A stretch of 64,000 nucleotides of DNA. It comes from Acidobacteriota bacterium (GTDB lineage: Bacteria > Acidobacteriota > Thermoanaerobaculia > Multivoradales > Multivoraceae). Positions 1 to 11,586 of this stretch are shown piece by piece. Every line of letters begins with the position of its first letter. Position 1 is the stretch's first letter. Both the position numbers and the translations under genes were made by a program. The notes under the pieces were generated by a model. It had not been told where the DNA came from. It made no database searches and worked only from the letters and a program-made list of their open reading frames with translations. The stretch spans positions 94,528 through 158,527 of the forward strand of contig JAGWAG010000001.1 in NCBI GenBank assembly GCA_021296535.1, read 5' to 3'.

Positions 1-945
1 ACCCCCCGGCCGGCGCTTCACGGTCTGCTCCTGGTCGACAAGCGACCGGGCGGCACGTCGCACGACGTGGTGCGCGCGGCGCGGCGCGCTCTCGGCGAAC
101 GGAAGATCGGTCACTGCGGCACCCTCGACCCCAACGCGACCGGCCTGTTGCTGCTCACGGTCGGACGCAGCACCCGTCTCACCCGCTTCCTGATCGGCGC
201 ACCGAAGGTCTATGAAGGCGAGATCCGGTTCGGCATCGCCACGGACACCTACGACGCCGCCGGCGAAGTGACCCGGGAGGGCAGCGTCGCCGATCTGACC
301 CATGAGCGGGTCGTCCAGGCAATGTGCGGCTTCGAGGGGCAGCAGCACCAGTTGCCGCCGCCCTATTCGGCCAAGAAGATCGGCGGCCGCAAGTACTACG
401 AGCTCGCGCGCCGCGGGGAGGAGTTCGAGCGCCAGGGCAAGGACGTGGAGATCTTCCAGTTCGAGGCGACAGGCCCCCTGGGAGCATCGGGACCTGACCG
501 GATCTCCTTCCGGCTCAGTTGTTCGACGGGGGCCTACGCACGCTCCCTCGCCCACGATCTGGGTGAGCACCTCGGCTGCGGCGGACACCTGGCCGCGCTT
601 CGCCGACTACGCATCGGCTCCTTCCAGGTCGCGGACGCCCTCGACTCGCAACGGCTCGAGGCGAGCGAACGTGACGCCGAACCGCTCGCAGCCGACGACC
701 TGGGAGTGTCCTGGGTGCCCTTCGACGACATCCCCCTTCCCTTTCCCCGGGTCGCGATGGACGCGACACAGGAACGCCGCATAGCTCACGGCCAGTCCGT
801 GCTGGCGCCCGGAAGCGAAGCCGAAGAGGGAGACTGGGTACAGATCACGGACAACCGCGGCCGGTTCCTCGCCGTCGGCGCGGTCGCGGAGCGGATCGGA
901 GACCGCGGTCTCGCCGTCGTCCATCCGAAGATCGTCTTCCAGTGA
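1..945 (+). CDS. truB: tRNA pseudouridine(55) synthase TruB, 5' end lies before the window
   Basis: Frame is open from base 1 (LHGLLLVDKRPGGTSHDVV). Motifs GHCGTLDP, PPPYSAKK, CSTGAYARSLAHDLG, LRRLRIG. Lies upstream of rpsO-pnp. Confidence 0.95.
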   Translation, partial: TPRPALHGLLLVDKRPGGTSHDVVRAARRALGERKIGHCGTLDPNATGLLLLTVGRSTRLTRFLIGAPKVYEGEIRFGIATDTYDAAGEVTREGSVADLTHERVVQAMCGFEGQQHQLPPPYSAKKIGGRKYYELARRGEEFERQGKDVEIFQFEATGPLGASGPDRISFRLSCSTGAYARSLAHDLGEHLGCGGHLAALRRLRIGSFQVADALDSQRLEASERDAEPLAADDLGVSWVPFDDIPLPFPRVAMDATQERRIAHGQSVLAPGSEAEEGDWVQITDNRGRFLAVGAVAERIGDRGLAVVHPKIVFQ

Positions 946-1011
946 GCGCCGGTCGGCTCCAAGGTCCTCACAGGGAGTAACTTCTGAGAGGTGCGCCCGT
1001 CAGCCTGACCG

Positions 1012-1020
1012 TGCTACACT
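1012..1020 (+). promoter_or_regulatory. Extended -10 promoter (TGcTACACT) for rpsO-pnp
   Basis: TGnTAnnnT about 110 nt upstream of rpsO, followed by an A-rich leader. Confidence 0.6.
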
Positions 1021-1131
1021 GCGCGCCGCGAAAGGACAGAGGAACAGACGAAGGAGCCTCAAGAAGGCAACACGAAGGCAACTAGAGAACCAACCAGAAC
1101 GGAACAAGCAGAGTCAGCGAGGAATCAGAGA

Positions 1132-1401
1132 GTGCCACAGACAACCGAAGTGAAAGACCAGATCATCCGTGACTTCCGTGTCCACGAGACGGACACGGGA
1201 TCCCCCGAGGTCCAGGTCGCGCTCCTGACGAACCGCATCAACGAACTCACCGAGCACTTCAAGGTCCACAAGCACGACCATCATGGCCGTCGCGGCCTGT
1301 TGAAGCTGGTCGGGCGCCGGCGTCGGCTGCTCGGCTACCTCCGCAGCGAGAGCTTCGAGCGCTACCGGACGACGATCGAGCGCCTCGGAATTCGCAGGTA
1401 G
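1132..1401 (+). CDS. rpsO: 30S ribosomal protein S15
   Basis: 89 aa; [35 protein letters not shown]. Confidence 0.98.
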   Translation: MPQTTEVKDQIIRDFRVHETDTGSPEVQVALLTNRINELTEHFKVHKHDHHGRRGLLKLVGRRRRLLGYLRSESFERYRTTIERLGIRR

Positions 1402-1430
1402 CGAATCTCCGCAGGTAGACCTCAGAGCCC

Positions 1431-1449
1431 GGAGCCGCCGAGCGGCTCC
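1431..1449 (+). terminator. GC hairpin after rpsO (terminator or processing stem)
   Basis: GGAGCCGC-cga-GCGGCTCC followed by pyrimidines (cctctct); no true U tract. Confidence 0.35.
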
Positions 1450-1516
1450 GCCTCTCTGGAACCGACCGATTCGACAGCCAGGTGAGTTCGGATCCGACGA
1501 CGGATCCAACTGACGA

Positions 1517-1545
1517 GACTGGGTGCGCCGGCCTTCTGGCCGGCT
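1517..1545 (+). repeat. REP-like extragenic palindromic element, copy 1
   Basis: GACTGGGTGC-GCCGGC-cttctg-GCCGGC-T; identical to 52305-52333 except in the 6-nt loop. Confidence 0.6.
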
Positions 1546-1700
1546 GCCGCCGAAGGCGGCCAGAAACCCCCGGAACCTCGGACTTGGCCGACTCCTTCCC
1601 TTCGGGTCACTTCCCACAGATCATTCGCCGATGAAGGCACATGCCCCGCCACTCAAGTCGCCGGGCGCAAACAACAGAGTAAGGAAGACAAGAGAACGCA

Positions 1701-4004
<2,304 letters not shown>

Positions 4005-4017
4005 CCAGGAGGCGGGG

Positions 4018-5256
4018 CTAGCCAGAGCGGTCGGCCGGCCGACCCGGCGCCGCGCGGAGGGCAGCGCGATAGATCGTCCGGAAGGGGACCCCCCTCTCCC
4101 GGGCGATCCGTCGCACGTCCTCGTACTCCGGCGCCGCACCCAGGGCCCGGCCACCGATGGCGGCCGTCTTGACCCTGACCTCGCCAAAGGGCGTCGTCAC
4201 CGGCACAACCGAGCGCTCGGCCTCCAGTCGGTCCACGACCATCCGCCGGCACCCCAGGGAACCCGTCTCGAGGAGCAGCCGCTCGGCGAGTTCGGATGCC
4301 TGCTCCGGGCGGCAGATGACCGTGACGGCAACACCCGGACGCGACTTCTTCATCTGCACCGGGGTGGCGAACACATCGAGCGCACCGGCCTGAAGCAGCG
4401 CCTCGGCGCCGTAGCCGATCGCCTCGCCGGTCGTATCGTCGACCTGGCATTCGAGAACCGCGACACGGTTCCACGGCGAACCTGCCGTCGCCGGCCTCGC
4501 CAGTTGAACCCGCAGGGCGTTCGGCCGATCCGCGAGTTCCCTGCTGCCCAACCCGACACCGACCTGCTCGATCCGCCGGGGGCTGTCGGCCGCCGAGGGC
4601 TCGAAGGAGTCGACGAACTCCCGCACGATCACGGCGCCGGTCGGCGTCGTCATCTCACCCTCCACGCCGCCGGTGCTGATCGGCACCCCCTGGAGCAGAA
4701 CGGCCGTGGCCGGTGCCGGCACCGGCATCACGCCGTGCCGCGTCCGCACCGTGCCACCGCCGGCGACCACGGTGGAGCAGGAGATGCGGGCCGGAGCGAA
4801 GTGCTCGACGGCGAGCGCGGCGCCGACCAGATCGACGATCGAATCGTCGGCGCCGACTTCATGAAAGTGCACCTCGTCCGGACCGACGCCGTGGACACTC
4901 GCTTCGGCCTCTCCCAAACGGCAAAAGAGCGCAGCCGCCCGTTCCCTGGTGCCGGCGTCGAGGCCGCTCCGCTCGATCATGCGCAGGATCGTGGACAGGT
5001 TCCGATGGCAGGCGCCCTCGCCGCCGCCGCCCTCGACCGGCCTGCCGCCGCGCAGCACGCTGAAACGCACGCCCGCCAGTGCGCCGCGCTTCGCGCGCCG
5101 CACCTGTAGCTCAACGCCGTCAAGGCCCAGGCGCTCGACCATCTCCTCCAGCAGCGCAACGGGCAACCCGAGGTCCAGGCTGGCGCCCAGGAACATGTCG
5201 CCCGAGATGCCGCTCGCACAGTCCATGTGGAGCAGTACGGGGCCTCCGGCAGCCAT
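4018..5256 (-). CDS. larC: Nickel-pincer cofactor biosynthesis protein LarC (nickel insertase)
   Basis: DCASGISGDMFLGA, EASVHG..VHFHEVGADDSIVD, MPVPAPAT, EMTTPTGA, QMKKSRPG, APEYED. Start chosen at ATG 5256, which follows TGcTATGGT. Confidence 0.9.
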   Translation of the reverse strand: MAAGGPVLLHMDCASGISGDMFLGASLDLGLPVALLEEMVERLGLDGVELQVRRAKRGALAGVRFSVLRGGRPVEGGGGEGACHRNLSTILRMIERSGLDAGTRERAAALFCRLGEAEASVHGVGPDEVHFHEVGADDSIVDLVGAALAVEHFAPARISCSTVVAGGGTVRTRHGVMPVPAPATAVLLQGVPISTGGVEGEMTTPTGAVIVREFVDSFEPSAADSPRRIEQVGVGLGSRELADRPNALRVQLARPATAGSPWNRVAVLECQVDDTTGEAIGYGAEALLQAGALDVFATPVQMKKSRPGVAVTVICRPEQASELAERLLLETGSLGCRRMVVDRLEAERSVVPVTTPFGEVRVKTAAIGGRALGAAPEYEDVRRIARERGVPFRTIYRAALRAAPGRPADRSG

Positions 5257-5300
5257 CGGGCGGACCATAGCAGCCCACCACCCAGCCACGCGGAGCCAAG

Positions 5301-6023
5301 CTAGATAAATCCCCGTTCACGCATCGACACCCAGCGGCCGCCGCCGCCCAGGACGAGGTGGTCAACGAGTTCGATTCCGACCGCGGCGCCGGCCCGCGCC
5401 AGCCTGCGAGTGAAGGCCAGGTCCTCCCGGCTTGGATCCGGATCGCCACTGGGATGGTTATGGAACACGACCGCGGCCATCGCCCCCAACCGCAGCGCCT
5501 CCTTGAGGACCACCCGCGGCTCGACCGAAGCACGATCCAGAGAGCCGACGAAGTGCTCCCGCTCGCTGATCACGCGGCCCCGCACATCGACGTAGATTGC
5601 GCCCATCACCTCCTGGTCGCGGCGCGCGTAGCGCAGATTCAGGTAGCGGGCGACCCCGACCATGTCGCCCAGGGGCCTTCTCTCGGGGAGCTGGGCCCGA
5701 GCCAGGCGCCGGGACAGTTCCACCGCAGCCAGGATCGTCGCCGCCTTGGCATCTCCCAGGCCCTTGCGGTGCAACGACGGCAGGTCGTGCTCAACCAGTA
5801 GCGCGAGCGCCGGCAGGCCGCCGAGCCCGCGCCCTTCGTCGTAGAGCAGGTCGTATGCGAGATCGAGCACTGAGCAACCCCGATGCCCGGTGCGCAGCAG
5901 AATGGCGATCAGTTCGCAGTCCGTCAAAACACCCGCTCCGTGCGCCAGCAATCGCTCGCGGGGACGTTGCCCCGAAGGCATCTCTCTCAACGTGCTGCGG
6001 TTCATCCCGTCCTGCCCGGTCAT
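5301..6023 (-). CDS. radC: RadC-like JAB/MPN domain protein (UPF0758)
   Basis: RPRERLLAHG, ELIAILLRTG, GLGDAKA, HNHPSGDPDPSRED, LVDHLV. Confidence 0.92.
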   Translation of the reverse strand: MTGQDGMNRSTLREMPSGQRPRERLLAHGAGVLTDCELIAILLRTGHRGCSVLDLAYDLLYDEGRGLGGLPALALLVEHDLPSLHRKGLGDAKAATILAAVELSRRLARAQLPERRPLGDMVGVARYLNLRYARRDQEVMGAIYVDVRGRVISEREHFVGSLDRASVEPRVVLKEALRLGAMAAVVFHNHPSGDPDPSREDLAFTRRLARAGAAVGIELVDHLVLGGGGRWVSMRERGFI

Positions 6024-6079
6024 CGGCGCCCCCTGTTGACCAAGACGCTTTTCGCCCCGCACTGCTACCGTCTGCCGCC

Positions 6080-7024
6080 ATGCGCGGCTCAGAACTACCG
6101 CCGTTCCTCGAGTTCGAGGCGCCCGCCGGCGAGCCCGCGGTCGCCGTGCTGCCGGTTCCCTACGAACGCACGACATCGTGGGGACGGGGCGCCGAGGATG
6201 GGCCGGCGGCCCTGCTCCGTGCCTCCCACTACGTGGAGCTCTACGACGAGGAACTCCGACTCGAACCGTTTCGCATCGGCATCGAGACCCTGCCGCCAGT
6301 CGACGTCGAGGCCGCGGAGGACGTGGCGCTGGACCGAATCCGCACCGCCGCCCGGGTGGCGATCGAACGCGGTCGCTTCCTGGCCGCAATCGGCGGCGAA
6401 CACACGGTCACGCCGGCTCTGGTGCGCGGTGTGGTCGACGCGGCTGGCTCCGACCTCGGCCCCGATCTGGGCGTCGTGCAATTCGACGCGCACACCGACC
6501 TCAGACCGACCTACGCGGGAACCCGCTGGAACCATGCCTGCGCGATGAGCCGCGTGCTCGAACTCGGCGTGTCCACCCTGGCCATCGGCATCCGGTCACT
6601 GAGCCGGCCGGAGGCCGTGCGCATCGAAACGGAGCGCCTGCCCGTCATCTGGGCCAGCCAATTGGAGCACTTGACCGACGACGAACTCCAGGACCTGTTT
6701 CTGGGGCTCCTCGCGTCGCTTCCCGACACGATCTACCTGACTTTCGACCTCGACTTCTTCGACCCATCCCTGCTGCCGGCTACGGGGACGCCCGAGCCCG
6801 GCGGTGGCACCTGGCACCAGGCTCTCGCGCTGCTCCGGCTGCTGTTCGAGCACAAGCAGGTCATCGCGATGGACGTGGTCGAACTGGCTCCGATCCCCGG
6901 CAACCCGGCCAGCGACTACACGGCAGCCAGGCTGCTTTACAAGTGCATCGGCTACCGCTACGCGCGTGAGCTGGGCGGCCTTGCCGACGATGGCTACAGA
7001 CCGATCAGGCCTCCCGCGACGTAG
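6080..7024 (+). CDS. speB: Agmatinase (ureohydrolase family)
   Basis: PYERTTSWGRG, GGEH, DAHTD, HAC, DLDFFDP, GTPEPGG, DVVELAP. ATG 6080 is preceded by TGcTACCGT. Confidence 0.88.
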   Translation: MRGSELPPFLEFEAPAGEPAVAVLPVPYERTTSWGRGAEDGPAALLRASHYVELYDEELRLEPFRIGIETLPPVDVEAAEDVALDRIRTAARVAIERGRFLAAIGGEHTVTPALVRGVVDAAGSDLGPDLGVVQFDAHTDLRPTYAGTRWNHACAMSRVLELGVSTLAIGIRSLSRPEAVRIETERLPVIWASQLEHLTDDELQDLFLGLLASLPDTIYLTFDLDFFDPSLLPATGTPEPGGGTWHQALALLRLLFEHKQVIAMDVVELAPIPGNPASDYTAARLLYKCIGYRYARELGGLADDGYRPIRPPAT

Positions 7025-8520
7025 ACCCAGAACACGACCAGAACCAGTCCGATCACGTTCAGCCACAGTCCGGCCCGCACCATCTGGGGAATCGTGATTT
7101 CCCCGGAACCGAAGACGATCGCGTTCGGCGGCGTCGCGACCGGCATCATGAAGGCGCAGCTCGCCGCCAGCGTGGCGGGCACGATCAGGAGCAGCGGGTC
7201 GACGTTGATCGCCGCCGCAGTGGCGCCCAGGATCGGCAGGAAGGTCGCGGTCGTCGCCGTATTGCTGGTGACCTCCGTCAGCATGATCAGCAGAGCGGCG
7301 GCGCCGATGACGAGAACGAGCACCGGCATGCCCTCGAGCACGAGCAGGAGGCTGCCGATGAAACGGTCGACGCCGGTACTGACCACCGCGGCCGCGAGGC
7401 TGAGCCCGCCCCCGAACAGGAGCAGGATTCCCCACGGCGCCTCGAGCGCCTTCTTCCAGCTCAGCAGGAACACGCCGCGCCGGAAGTGGACCGGAACCGT
7501 GAACAGCAACAGGCCGGCGCCGATCGCAATGCCCGGGTCCGTCAGTCCCGCCAGCGGCGCTGCCCCGCCGATCTCGATCCCTGCAAGCCAGGTTCGGGAG
7601 GTCCACAGCGCGGCGGCCGAGACGAAGATCGCCAGCACCGCCTTCTCAGGGGCTGTCATCGGCCCCAGCTTCCGTAGCTCGCCGCGGATGAGTTCCGCGC
7701 CGCCGGGCACCTCGGTGATCTGCAGGCGGTAGACGAACCGGGTGAGCACCAGCCAGGCCAGCGGCAGGAAGGACACGGTGAGCAGGAGACCGAACGGCAT
7801 CCACTGCGCGAACGTGATCTCCCGACCGTAGGTGTCCTCGACGAACGACATCATCTGAATATTGGGAGGGGTGCCGATCTTCGTCGCTACACCTCCGATC
7901 GAGGCGCCATAGGCCGTCCCGAGCAGCAGATTCAGGGCGAAGGGAAACGGCTTCCCGACCGGAGCCACCTCCGGACCCAGCCGCTGGCGCACGAGATCGA
8001 TCACCGACAGGGCGATCGGCAGCATCATGACCGTCGTCGCGGTGTTCGAAATCCACATGCTGAGGAAGGCGCTCGCCACCATGAAGCCGAGCACCAGGCG
8101 GTCCGGCCGGCTGCCGACCAAGAGGATGATGTGGAGCGCCATCCGACGGTGCAGGCCCCAGGTCTGCATCGAGAGGGCGATCATGAATCCGCCCAGGAAG
8201 AGGAAGATGTTCGGATTCGCATAGGGTGCCGCAACCTGGGAAATCGCGATCTCGCCACCGGTCAGAAGCGGAATCGCGACCAGCGGCAGCAACGAGGTGA
8301 CGGCCACGGGCAGTGCCTCGGTCAGCCACAACACGCCCATTAGAACCCCGGTCGCCGCTACCGCGCGACCGGCGCCGGAAAGCCCGGAGACGACCTGGCC
8401 GTCGGCATCTGTGACCGCCTCGGGAATCAGGAACCAGGCGAGCGCCGCCAGAATCGGCGCGGCGATCAGGCCGGTCGCAACGGACGCCCAGGGGCCCCGG
8501 TCGCGGCTGTGCTCAGCCAT
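6994..8520 (-). CDS. DASS/SLC13 sodium:dicarboxylate/sulfate symporter
   Basis: Multi-TM protein; SMWISNTAT, GTPPN, TEVTSNTAT, AFMMPVATPPNA. Confidence 0.92.
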   Translation of the reverse strand: MAEHSRDRGPWASVATGLIAAPILAALAWFLIPEAVTDADGQVVSGLSGAGRAVAATGVLMGVLWLTEALPVAVTSLLPLVAIPLLTGGEIAISQVAAPYANPNIFLFLGGFMIALSMQTWGLHRRMALHIILLVGSRPDRLVLGFMVASAFLSMWISNTATTVMMLPIALSVIDLVRQRLGPEVAPVGKPFPFALNLLLGTAYGASIGGVATKIGTPPNIQMMSFVEDTYGREITFAQWMPFGLLLTVSFLPLAWLVLTRFVYRLQITEVPGGAELIRGELRKLGPMTAPEKAVLAIFVSAAALWTSRTWLAGIEIGGAAPLAGLTDPGIAIGAGLLLFTVPVHFRRGVFLLSWKKALEAPWGILLLFGGGLSLAAAVVSTGVDRFIGSLLLVLEGMPVLVLVIGAAALLIMLTEVTSNTATTATFLPILGATAAAINVDPLLLIVPATLAASCAFMMPVATPPNAIVFGSGEITIPQMVRAGLWLNVIGLVLVVFWVYVAGGLIGL

Positions 8521-10234
8521 TCCCTTCGCCGCCGCCCTTGCCGAGCTGGCGGCGGAAGTAGGACCTCGTCATGGCGGCGACCGCTCCCGAGAGCAACAGC
8601 AGGGAAATCAGGTTCGGGAAGGACATCAACCCCAGCGCCACGTCACCGAAAGTCCAGACGGTCGAGAGCGGCAGCAGGCAGCCCAGGAAGAAGAAGCCGA
8701 CGTAGATCCAGCGATAGACGGGAATCGCCCTCGCGCCAAACAGGTACTCGGTCGACCGGTCTCCGTAGTACGACCACGAAATCGCCGTGGAAACAGCGAA
8801 CAGCAGCACGGAGAGCGTGACGATCAGGTCGCCCCGGCTGCCGGGCAGACCGAGGCTGAAAGCGCGCGCCGTCAGCGGGGCTCCGGTCAGAAGCGCTCCG
8901 CCCTCGATCCGCGGCGCGTCGCCCGCCGCGGTCAGTGACCCGTCGCCGGCGATCTCCAATCTGCCGCTCCAGGGAGCGCCCGTGCCGTCCACCAGCCGCG
9001 GCTCGGCGATCATCGAGTGAAGCACGACGAAGGAGCCGCCTGCCACCCCCCCCTCGACGTCAACCGCACCCCCGCCGCGCGTGGACCGCTCGTCGCGTGC
9101 TGCGAGCAACTCGGAGTCCTCCCCGAGAACGCGGTGGATGCCCTCGACCTCGTCGAGCCCGAAGCTCTGCGGCGTGTGGTCGCGCCAGGCGTCCGTCGTG
9201 ACGATGACGAGACCCGTCATCGTGCAGATGACCAGCGTGTCGATGAACGGCTCGAGCGAAGCGACCAGCCCCTCGCGCACCGGCTCGTCGGTGCGGGCCG
9301 CCGCGTGAGCGATGGGCGCGCTGCCCTGCCCCGCCTCGTTGCTGAACAGACCCCGGCGAATGCCCCACATCATGGTCATCAGGAAGGAACCGGCCGCGCC
9401 CCCGACCATCGAGGTGGGCCGGAACGCCTGCTCGACGATCAGGGCCAGGCTCCCGGGAACGCTCTCGATGTTCATCAGCAGGATGATCAGGGCGCCGCCG
9501 ACGTAGATCACCGCCATGCCCGGCGCCAGGATCGAGGTCACCCTGCCGATGCGGCGAATGCCGCCGATGATGACCAGCGCCACCAGGGAAGCGAAGACGA
9601 GCCCGCTCCACACCGGCGCCAGGCCGAACTGGGACTCGAGTTGATCGGCCATCGTGTTCGCCTGGTTCATGTTGCCGGTGCCGAAGGAGCACATGACCGC
9701 CAGGCCGGCGAACAGCATCGCCATCCACTTCCAGTTCTCGCCGAGCCCCTTCTCGATGTAGTACATCGGACCGCCGGAGACGGAACCGTCCTTGTGCACT
9801 CGGCGATAGGCGACCGCCAGCGTGCACTCGGCGAACTTGAGCGCCATGCCGAAGAAAGCGGTTACCCACATCCAGAACAACGCTCCCGGGCCGCCCATGC
9901 GGATCGCGATCGCAACGCCGGCGATGTTCCCGATACCGACGGTCGCCGAAAGCGCGGTCGTCAGCGCCTGGAAGTGAACGAGGTCGCCGTCGTCGTCCGG
10001 ATCGTCGTACTTGCCGCCCAGGATCGCCCAGGCATGCCGGAAGCCACGCAACTGGATCAGCCCCAGGCGCACGGTGACGAACAGCCCCGTTCCCAGGAGC
10101 ACCAGCGCCAGGATCGGTGCCTGGGGCGGCGTGTTCCAAACCACCCCCTCGAGCCAGCCGGCTACCGGCCCGAGCAACCCGTTGATCCCATCCGCTACCT
10201 TCCCGAACAGTTCCTCGGGCATCGCGCCTTGCAT
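8513..10234 (-). CDS. Alanine/glycine:cation symporter (AGCS) with a long extracytoplasmic insertion
   Basis: ATVGIGNIAGVA, GGPGALFWMW, GGPMYY, RGLFSNEAGQGS, PFIDT. Confidence 0.93.
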   Translation of the reverse strand: MQGAMPEELFGKVADGINGLLGPVAGWLEGVVWNTPPQAPILALVLLGTGLFVTVRLGLIQLRGFRHAWAILGGKYDDPDDDGDLVHFQALTTALSATVGIGNIAGVAIAIRMGGPGALFWMWVTAFFGMALKFAECTLAVAYRRVHKDGSVSGGPMYYIEKGLGENWKWMAMLFAGLAVMCSFGTGNMNQANTMADQLESQFGLAPVWSGLVFASLVALVIIGGIRRIGRVTSILAPGMAVIYVGGALIILLMNIESVPGSLALIVEQAFRPTSMVGGAAGSFLMTMMWGIRRGLFSNEAGQGSAPIAHAAARTDEPVREGLVASLEPFIDTLVICTMTGLVIVTTDAWRDHTPQSFGLDEVEGIHRVLGEDSELLAARDERSTRGGGAVDVEGGVAGGSFVVLHSMIAEPRLVDGTGAPWSGRLEIAGDGSLTAAGDAPRIEGGALLTGAPLTARAFSLGLPGSRGDLIVTLSVLLFAVSTAISWSYYGDRSTEYLFGARAIPVYRWIYVGFFFLGCLLPLSTVWTFGDVALGLMSFPNLISLLLLSGAVAAMTRSYFRRQLGKGGGEGNG

Positions 10235-10285
10235 AAAACCCTGCTTCCTGTGCGTCAGCGCGGCGCGGACGCCGCGACTCGACTC

Positions 10286-11440
10286 CTAGAGATAGTTGGC
10301 CGGATGGCCGGTAGCGAACACCAGCACGGACTGGCCGGGACGGATCGTACCGGAGTCGCTCAGATGGAAGAGCGCCGCCATCGCCGCCGCGGTCTCCGGA
10401 CCGACCAGGAGCCCCTCCGCCGCCGCCACCCGCGCCGCAGTAGCAGCGACCTCGGCCTCCTCCACCGCCACCGCGGCGCCGCCGCTGTCCCGCAGCGCCC
10501 GCAGGATGAGGAAGTCGCCGATCGCCGCGGGCACCCGCAGCCCCCAGACTTCCGTGTCCGGTTCCTGCCAGGGCGCGGCGTGGTCGCTGCCTGCCTCGTG
10601 GGCGCGCACGATCGGCGCGCACCCGGCCATCTGGACGACGGCGAACCTGGCCGGCGGACCGCTCAGAATGCCCAGCCGGCGCAGCTCGGCGAAGGCCTTC
10701 GCCATGCCGACGATGCCGGTCCCGCCGCCAGTGGGATAGATGATCCAGTCCGGCAGCCGCCAGCCGAACTGCTCCGCGACCTCGAAGCCCATCGTCTTCT
10801 TTCCTTCCGCACGGTACGGCTCACGCAGGGTCGAGAGATCCCACAAGTCGCCGCCCCGCTCCCTGAGCGCAGCGCCGGCGTCGACCAGTGTCCCGCCGGC
10901 CTCGATGACCTCGGCCCCGAAGGCGCGGCAACGCTCGCGCACCGTCGCCGGCGTGTCCTCGGGCAGGGCCACACGGCAGGGCAGCCCCGCGGCGGCGGCG
11001 TAGGCAGCCGCTGCGACGCCCGCGTTGCCGGCACTCGGAAGCTGCACTCCAGGGGCGCCGAGTTCCCGCGCCCGGTTCACCGCCAGCGACAGCCCCCGAT
11101 CCTTGAAGGAACCGGTCGGATTACCCGCTTCGTTCTTCAGAAAGACCCGCACCTTGTCAGGCGCCAGTCGACGAAGCTGAACCACCGGCGTGCCCCCCTC
11201 GCCGAGATCGACCCGGTCGTGGAAAGAGGCAACCGGCAACAGCTCGCGGTAGCGCCACAAGGTCCACGGTCGCCTGGGAAGAGCCCCGGCGAAGGCGCTC
11301 CCCCGCTTCTGGTCGAGGTCGTAGTCGACCAACCAGGGCTTGCCCGCGGGCGACAGAAAGGCCGGTTCGTCAAGTGGCGCCCGCACCCCGGTCGCGGAGC
11401 AGACGAGGCCCCTCGCCCACGTATTCCCGTTCGCCTGCAT
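10286..11440 (-). CDS. thrC: Threonine synthase (PLP fold type II)
   Basis: LGEGGTP, NPTGSFKDRG, SAGNAG, EGKKTMGFE, PTGGGTG. Confidence 0.85.
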   Translation of the reverse strand: MQANGNTWARGLVCSATGVRAPLDEPAFLSPAGKPWLVDYDLDQKRGSAFAGALPRRPWTLWRYRELLPVASFHDRVDLGEGGTPVVQLRRLAPDKVRVFLKNEAGNPTGSFKDRGLSLAVNRARELGAPGVQLPSAGNAGVAAAAYAAAAGLPCRVALPEDTPATVRERCRAFGAEVIEAGGTLVDAGAALRERGGDLWDLSTLREPYRAEGKKTMGFEVAEQFGWRLPDWIIYPTGGGTGIVGMAKAFAELRRLGILSGPPARFAVVQMAGCAPIVRAHEAGSDHAAPWQEPDTEVWGLRVPAAIGDFLILRALRDSGGAAVAVEEAEVAATAARVAAAEGLLVGPETAAAMAALFHLSDSGTIRPGQSVLVFATGHPANYL

Positions 11441-11516
11441 TTCAACCGATCTCGGCGTCAGAGGCTAGCACCAGTTCCCGAAGGCTACCCCCTCAACAAG
11501 GACACAACACACTGAA

Positions 11517-11549
11517 AAACAACAACTTAGGCCCAAAACGTGCTATGAT
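11517..11549 (+). promoter_or_regulatory. IHF-like site (AAACAAcaacTTA) and extended -10 (TGcTATGAT) upstream of the kinase-like gene
   Basis: One mismatch to WATCAANNNNTTR at 11517-11529; TGnTATGAT at 11541-11549; AT-rich divergent intergenic region. Confidence 0.5.
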
Positions 11550-11586
11550 CGGCTTCTACCAGCGATCAACTTCTTCGCATTAGTCC

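Noticed and set aside
5301..6023. RadC/JAB as a CBASS or other defence component
   Set aside because: Full-length housekeeping RadC architecture with no cyclase, E1/E2 or effector nearby.
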